NCBI GenBank assembly: GCA_944383165.1
Contig: CALWON010000005.1
Span: 47-64,046 of the forward strand
DNA length: 64,000 nt
Source: an uncultured Oscillospiraceae bacterium
GTDB lineage: Bacteria; Bacillota; Clostridia; Oscillospirales; Oscillospiraceae
Direction: 5' to 3'
Each line of letters starts with the position of its first letter. Within the stretch, counting starts at the first letter, position 1. Made by a program: the position numbers and the translations under genes. Shown here one piece after another: positions 58,846-64,000 of this stretch. The notes under the pieces are model-generated. The model made no database searches and was not told the origin of the DNA. It worked only from the letters and a program-made list of their open reading frames with translations.

Positions 58846-60150
58846 ATGTATATTGGTCAAATCGGTTCCAATACTTGGTTCAAAAATAGCTGGCTGAATG
58901 GCACAGGCTTTTCATCCAATCACACAGACTTGGTCCACTCCCTTTCAAAGGGACAGGATGCCCGGCAACCCAAAGCTACAAACCGGGATCGATTGGAATT
59001 GAGCCACTCCTACCCACAACTTTCAAATCGTCTCCAAATCTTAGAGACCCCTGAAGCCACTCAGGTGGAATCTAATTTGAATTTGGCAGCAGACCTGCGC
59101 CCTGCCTCTGAAAAAGAACAATACACAGAAGAAGATGCACTGATGAATCAATATATGAAACAATACCGCCTGGATTTCATCAAAATTGGGGATTCCTTTG
59201 AACTAGATCCCTCCCAACCAATAAAGCTAATGACAGAAGGTCAGGTCAGCCAGAAAAGCTTAGATGCATTCCGCACTCAACTAGAAAAAAATGGGTTAGG
59301 GGATGACATTGACTGGCGTGGTGTGCAAGAAGACTTCCTCCATATGGACATCCGTTTTGATAATGCGAAACGGTTTGAAACCAAGGTAGACTATCTTGCC
59401 TCCCGTTATGCAGTTTTGAAAGACCGTATCCAAACCCAGTACACGGGTGAAAAACTGGAACAGGAAATGCAAACATTAGACACTCTATACACCCAAGCCA
59501 AAGAGGAACTGGCAAATTCCTATTCCGAAAACATTGGTGGTTTTTATGAGGGGATGGGGCAATCTGGTATAGCTGAGGGTATGAAGGAAAGCGTGCTGTC
59601 CGCCATTGACAACAGAGCAAATGAATATACTTCTTATCTTACAGAAAATGACATTTATGCAGATATGACTGACCCCAGCAAGCAGTGGCTTAAGCAGGAT
59701 GATGGCTATATGGCAGCCAAGCTGAGGGAAACCATAACTGTATCATCAATGGATACACCTGCTACACAAACCAGCGGTCAACATACTCTATACAATGCAA
59801 ACGATTTATCTTTTGCCGCTTCCTATGCAAAGGAGCTTTCTGAGCAAATAGACAAACCAACATGGGATACCTATGAAATCAACAGTAGTGACGCTGATTT
59901 GGGCAAATACCTTGCCCAACAATATCAGTCCCTTACCGATAAGCTGCAATATGCAGGCATCAGCAACCAACTATCAGATCAATTAAAAGACTCTTTTGAG
60001 CCATTTATGGATCAATTCCTGAATGCGCTGGATGCAAAAATCGGACAGAATCGGGAACGGGTTGCCAAGAAACCCTGGCAGTCTGGGTTGATCCGCACCC
60101 AACCAATCAATCGGGAAGAAGTGTACCGTGCGTTTAGAATGTTTCAATAG
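58846..60150 (+). CDS. Hypothetical helical protein (about 434 aa)
   Basis: Long ORF, GGGGGA RBS before ATG 58846, terminator downstream. No family recognised. Confidence 0.75.
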   Translation: MYIGQIGSNTWFKNSWLNGTGFSSNHTDLVHSLSKGQDARQPKATNRDRLELSHSYPQLSNRLQILETPEATQVESNLNLAADLRPASEKEQYTEEDALMNQYMKQYRLDFIKIGDSFELDPSQPIKLMTEGQVSQKSLDAFRTQLEKNGLGDDIDWRGVQEDFLHMDIRFDNAKRFETKVDYLASRYAVLKDRIQTQYTGEKLEQEMQTLDTLYTQAKEELANSYSENIGGFYEGMGQSGIAEGMKESVLSAIDNRANEYTSYLTENDIYADMTDPSKQWLKQDDGYMAAKLRETITVSSMDTPATQTSGQHTLYNANDLSFAASYAKELSEQIDKPTWDTYEINSSDADLGKYLAQQYQSLTDKLQYAGISNQLSDQLKDSFEPFMDQFLNALDAKIGQNRERVAKKPWQSGLIRTQPINREEVYRAFRMFQ

Positions 60151-60167
60151 GTAGTCATAGTTCCAAA

Positions 60168-60210
60168 AAAGCAGAAACATGCCCCAACTGTGGACACGTT
60201 TCTGCTTTTC
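60168..60210. terminator. Bidirectional terminator
   Basis: aaaagcagaaac ... gtttctgctttt between convergent genes. Confidence 0.7.
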
Positions 60211-60276
60211 TCTATATCTTAAAAAACATATCATTACAATTTTATAGCATTTGAACATCCACCTTTTATGTATCGT

Positions 60277-61041
60277 TCAAATCTCACGTGGTTGATAGGT
60301 ACCAGCTTCTGCTTGTCTTTCTATTTCATCGCAAAGCTCACTACGAATCAAGGACTCTTCTTCTGAAATGAATGACCAAGCCTTTTTCTTTGCACCTGGA
60401 AACTCAAACATATCTACAAAAAAATCAACTAAATTTTCCGCAATAATACCTGAAATCCCTGCATCTCCATAATAATAATAAACCTTATCATCCTTACCTA
60501 GATATAACGATATATCCCAGTAACCAATAGGGGCTTTTGTTCCCCAATAATACTCTAAACTCTCAGCTTGGCACTCGAAATCATTATAAAAATATAGAAG
60601 AACACCGATCATAATCATTCTAACATTATATTGTATGCTCATGATTTCCGACTCGTAAAAATCTTCACACCATTCATATGGATCAAAATCAAGACTAGCT
60701 CCCAGCCCACCATAACGAATCGGAATCTTAATTTTGTAAAATTGTTTTATGAATTCTTCTCCATTTTTAGGAAATACAAATCGCTTTTCTTTCATTTTTC
60801 TGATGGCTTCACTAGCCTCTCTCCACTCTTCTCCTACACACCTCCAGTCTCGAGTTCTGACAGTGTCGTTAGTCTCCATTCGTTCTTTTCCTGTCCAGCC
60901 CCAATGGCGCAATGCAAACTCTACTCTTTCTGTATTTTCACAGTCACACTCCCCTAACTTCTTATAAAGTTGGTATGCCTTCTCTTGCCCCCCTAAATAG
61001 CCAATTTTTTCGGAAATCTCTTTCCATCTCTCTTCTGTCAT
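60277..61041 (-). CDS. SUKH-3-like immunity protein
   Basis: L-x-x-WGW...R, EEFIKQFY, LDFDP, MIGV, LYLGKDDKVY pattern typical of the SUKH superfamily. Confidence 0.65.
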   Translation of the reverse strand: MTEERWKEISEKIGYLGGQEKAYQLYKKLGECDCENTERVEFALRHWGWTGKERMETNDTVRTRDWRCVGEEWREASEAIRKMKEKRFVFPKNGEEFIKQFYKIKIPIRYGGLGASLDFDPYEWCEDFYESEIMSIQYNVRMIMIGVLLYFYNDFECQAESLEYYWGTKAPIGYWDISLYLGKDDKVYYYYGDAGISGIIAENLVDFFVDMFEFPGAKKKAWSFISEEESLIRSELCDEIERQAEAGTYQPREI

Positions 61042-61257
61042 GTAAGAACACCTCTCTCAAAACTACAATACAAACCACTGGAATGGGTGTATAGTTGCTC
61101 TTTCAATTACCATTTGTGGGGAATCATCTCTTTTCATTGTTTCACACCTGTTTCTGTAGATTAAGGAAAATATACCACTGTATTGTAACCTATAGACTTG
61201 TATCCTTAGAATAAAAGAACTATAATGGGACAAAACAGAACTGGAAGGAACTAGAAC

Positions 61258-61494
61258 ATGAACCCATATAAAATCATGGTGATTGAAGATGACCCTATAA
61301 TCAGAAATGAATTGGAAACTCTTTTGCAAGGTAATGGCTATATGGTTGTTTCTATAAAGGATTTTTCAAAAGTCTGCAATACATTCCAAGTAGAAGCCCC
61401 GCATCTGGTCTTGTTAGATATTAAATTGCCAAATGAGAGTGGATTTTCTATCTGTTCCCAAATCCGTATCCATTCTGATGTCCCCATCATCTTT
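61258..61494 (+). pseudogene. Truncated OmpR/BceR-type response regulator (receiver only up to VPIIF)
   Basis: KIMVIEDD...LVLLDIKLP..GFSIC..IR..SDVPIIF; homology then stops and the ORF runs into unrelated sequence to 61641. Confidence 0.85.
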
Positions 61495-63546
61495 AAGCTA
61501 TGGAATGAAGGTCGCAATTTGCGTTATTATACTATTTCTCCTTTTCTTAATCTACTTTGTGAACCAATATATGTTACGACGCAGACAAAAAGAATTTGCA
61601 ATCCAGTCTATCTTGGGTATGGAAGAGAGAATCATTGCTAGACTTTTCTTTGCAGAAACATCTGTAATGGGACTTCTGTCTATTTTGATTGGAATTTTTC
61701 TTGGTGTGTTCTGCTCCCAGCTCATCACAGCCATGTTGTTGACCACCTATGGAAAAAGCTATACCCTATTATGGACACTGTTTCCTGATACTGTTCTGTT
61801 GACAATCGGTTTCTTTATGCTCTGCTTTCTCATTGTTGGAATATTCAATACCCATACCATTCAAAAAACCAAAATCATTGATATGTTAGCATCTGAGAAC
61901 ATAAATGAACCTAAACGAAAAAAAAGTGACTGGATTCATCTTGTGGTTATGTTGTTTGAGGGATTCACAGTATGGATGCTCTATACTGGAATACAACTAA
62001 TCTATGTTTTCTATGACAGCCGTTTTGTTTTTCCCGTGAAACTCATGTTCTGTGGAAATATTCTTTTTCCAGTGATAACTTTGATATGGACCGCATTCTG
62101 GTTGCTCAAGAAACGAACATCTTATATTTCTACCCTATTATTGGGATTGTTGGTATGCACCATCCTAAACACTTTTGTGTCCGCTAGTGTACCAGCTTTG
62201 GTCAAAGAATACACTCTATCCTTTGAAACTCATACAATCTATCAATACTTGCTATTTGTTCTAATCGAGCTACTCTTTTGCATCTGTTGCTTTTTCTATC
62301 TCGTTAGTCGCTTTATCATATTCTGGAAAGAAAAATCTCCAGAACATAGATACACAAATGAAACATTGTTCTTTTTGGGTCAGATTACATCTAAACTAAA
62401 CACCACCAGCAAAACAATGACTTTAATCTGTATCACGTTCATGTTTGCAATCTTTTTGTTCCTTGCATCACCCATTCTGGTAGGCTGGGCTTCTGGCTAT
62501 CTAGAAATACGTTCTATGTATGATATACAAATTTTTTCTCGCTATAACAGTGTATCCAATGAAAAAAATCTGCCACATAATAACTATGAACTTGTGACAG
62601 ATTTCCTTACAGAACACAATATCAAAACCACAAATGACTGCACTTTTTCTCTTTATCTGCCCAATCAGGATGATTTTTATCATCGACAAAAGTATCACTT
62701 TCCTGTTGTAGCAATCTCTCTAAGTGACTACAATGCCATCCGTACAATGCTCGGATATGAACCAATTACTCTAGCAGAGAATGAGTTTACAACACAATGG
62801 CAATCCATTGCAACGGATGAGGAGCGGGAAGAATTTTTGAAAGCCCATTCCTATATTACAACAGATGCAGGAGAACTTACCCTTTCCCCACACTCCTCTT
62901 ACCAGGAGCCAATGGGAGAAACCATCTATAACTCGTACACAGATGTACTTTATGTATTTCCAGACCATATTTGCAAACACTTGCTTCCAGTCATTCGGAA
63001 CCGCTATATTATAACAACTGAACCCATTTCTTATGAATCTGCTCAAGGATTAGAACAGGCTTTTTTAGCCGAATATCCAGAAAGTACAAATTCTGGTGTA
63101 AACTATGCTATACGATTGAGTACCCTACAAATCAACAGCACAAAAGCTAGTATTTTTGTCTTACAGGCTGCCATGATTTATGCCGCTGTTATATTGATGG
63201 TCATTTGCCTTACAATATTGTCTTTGCAACAGCTTCTGGATGCCAATCAAAATAAATATCGTTTCTATGTTCTTCTCTTCGCAAACTGGGAGTCGAGAAT
63301 ATCCATATAGAGAAATTGATTCTAAAACAACTGGGTGTATGGTTTGGTCTGCCCATTGCTTTGGCAACAATGGTATCCATCATAGTATCCGCTTACTTCA
63401 TTCAGACCATCTCAACGGAAATCTCTGCCTACATTGGATTTAGCACTTTAATGGCACACATTGGTATGACCACAGGTATTCTTGTTCTGCTGTTAATTTG
63501 CTATTTCATCAGTACATGGTTATTATTTCAGAGAGGAATCAAATAA
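61490..63546 (+). pseudogene. BceB/FtsX-like ABC permease lacking its N-terminus and frameshifted near the C-terminus
   Basis: NQYMLRRRQKEFAIQSILGM and later permease TMs. A TCTTC tandem duplication at 63271-63280 shifts the frame; the rest continues as 63316-63546. Confidence 0.85.
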
Positions 63547-63582
63547 CCACTGAAAAACAGAACATACTTTTGAAATACTGCG

Positions 63583-63649
63583 AATCACTCCTTTAGATGT
63601 GGCTTTGATGAATTTTTCGTGCTATCATTTCACATGTAAGGGAGTGATT
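63583..63649 (+). terminator. Long imperfect hairpin between convergent genes
   Basis: aatcactccttta.atgtg / cacat.taagggagtgatt with an inner tgat/atca stem and T-rich tail. Confidence 0.6.
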
Positions 63650-63705
63650 TTTCCTCTTTTACTTAAAATACGGTGTATTTTAGCACAAAATACTATCGTT
63701 TTGTT

Positions 63706-64000
63706 TCAATCATCTTCACGATAAAAATCCACATATGCTCCTTTTTCCTCAAGAAAATCTAGTACATCAAAATTTTGAACTGGATTCTCATCTATGAATA
63801 AATTCCTCAAATGTTTTGAATTGAGCAAGGGAGTCACATCTACAATTTGATTGGCAGTTAATCTTAATTCTCGTAATTCAGTTAAATGATGTAAACTATC
63901 AATGTTTTTGATTGCATTGCAACACAGATCTAGGTATATTAGTTGTTTGAGATTTTCTAACGCATCAATGTTTTCAATTTCATTTCCACTCAGATACAAC
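63706..64000 (-). CDS. 3' end of a leucine-rich-repeat protein (partial)
   Basis: Internalin-type LRRs LYLSGNEIENIDALENL / LDLCCNAIKNIDSL / LRLTANQIVDVTPL / LFIDENPV. Confidence 0.85.
   Translation of the reverse strand, partial: LYLSGNEIENIDALENLKQLIYLDLCCNAIKNIDSLHHLTELRELRLTANQIVDVTPLLNSKHLRNLFIDENPVQNFDVLDFLEEKGAYVDFYREDD

Overview
Chromosomal window from a spore-forming Clostridia-type Firmicute (spoIIGA-sigE, several SLH proteins; a gut Oscillospiraceae-like organism is my inference). Most genes are on the minus strand. Bases 1-14.6 kb are mainly core genes: the rnfC 5' end, an SLH protein, rex, sigE, spoIIGA, and one apparent operon trmB-jetA-jetB-jetC-comEC-holA-rnmV, followed by tRNA-Pro(TGG). 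The Wadjet/Mks-like SMC triad in that operon has no jetD nuclease gene. The rest is accessory-looking: (1) a lactococcin-972-type membrane protein and ABC ATPase behind an OmpR/VanRS-like two-component system, with no bacteriocin precursor; (2) a six-gene hscC - giant J-like protein - DUF4241 - NADAR - CbrC - rtcB cluster; (3) a LysR-divergent detox-type operon; (4) a raffinose-type locus with a stand-alone sugar kinase and a GH13_18 phosphorylase; (5) MarR-FUSC; (6) a LytTR-controlled lipoprotein and GH3; (7) small immunity-like orphan genes; (8) a dockerin-bearing M60 peptidase paired with an SLH protein that has a candidate cohesin-like domain; (9) a SUKH-3-like gene and a deleted, frameshifted Bce-like module. 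I saw no CRISPR array, integrase, transposase or rRNA. Family names come from motif recognition, not database searches. The strongest candidates for an undescribed system are the HscC/J/NADAR/RtcB cluster, the jetD-less Wadjet fused into the comEC operon, and the M60-dockerin/SLH-anchor pair.
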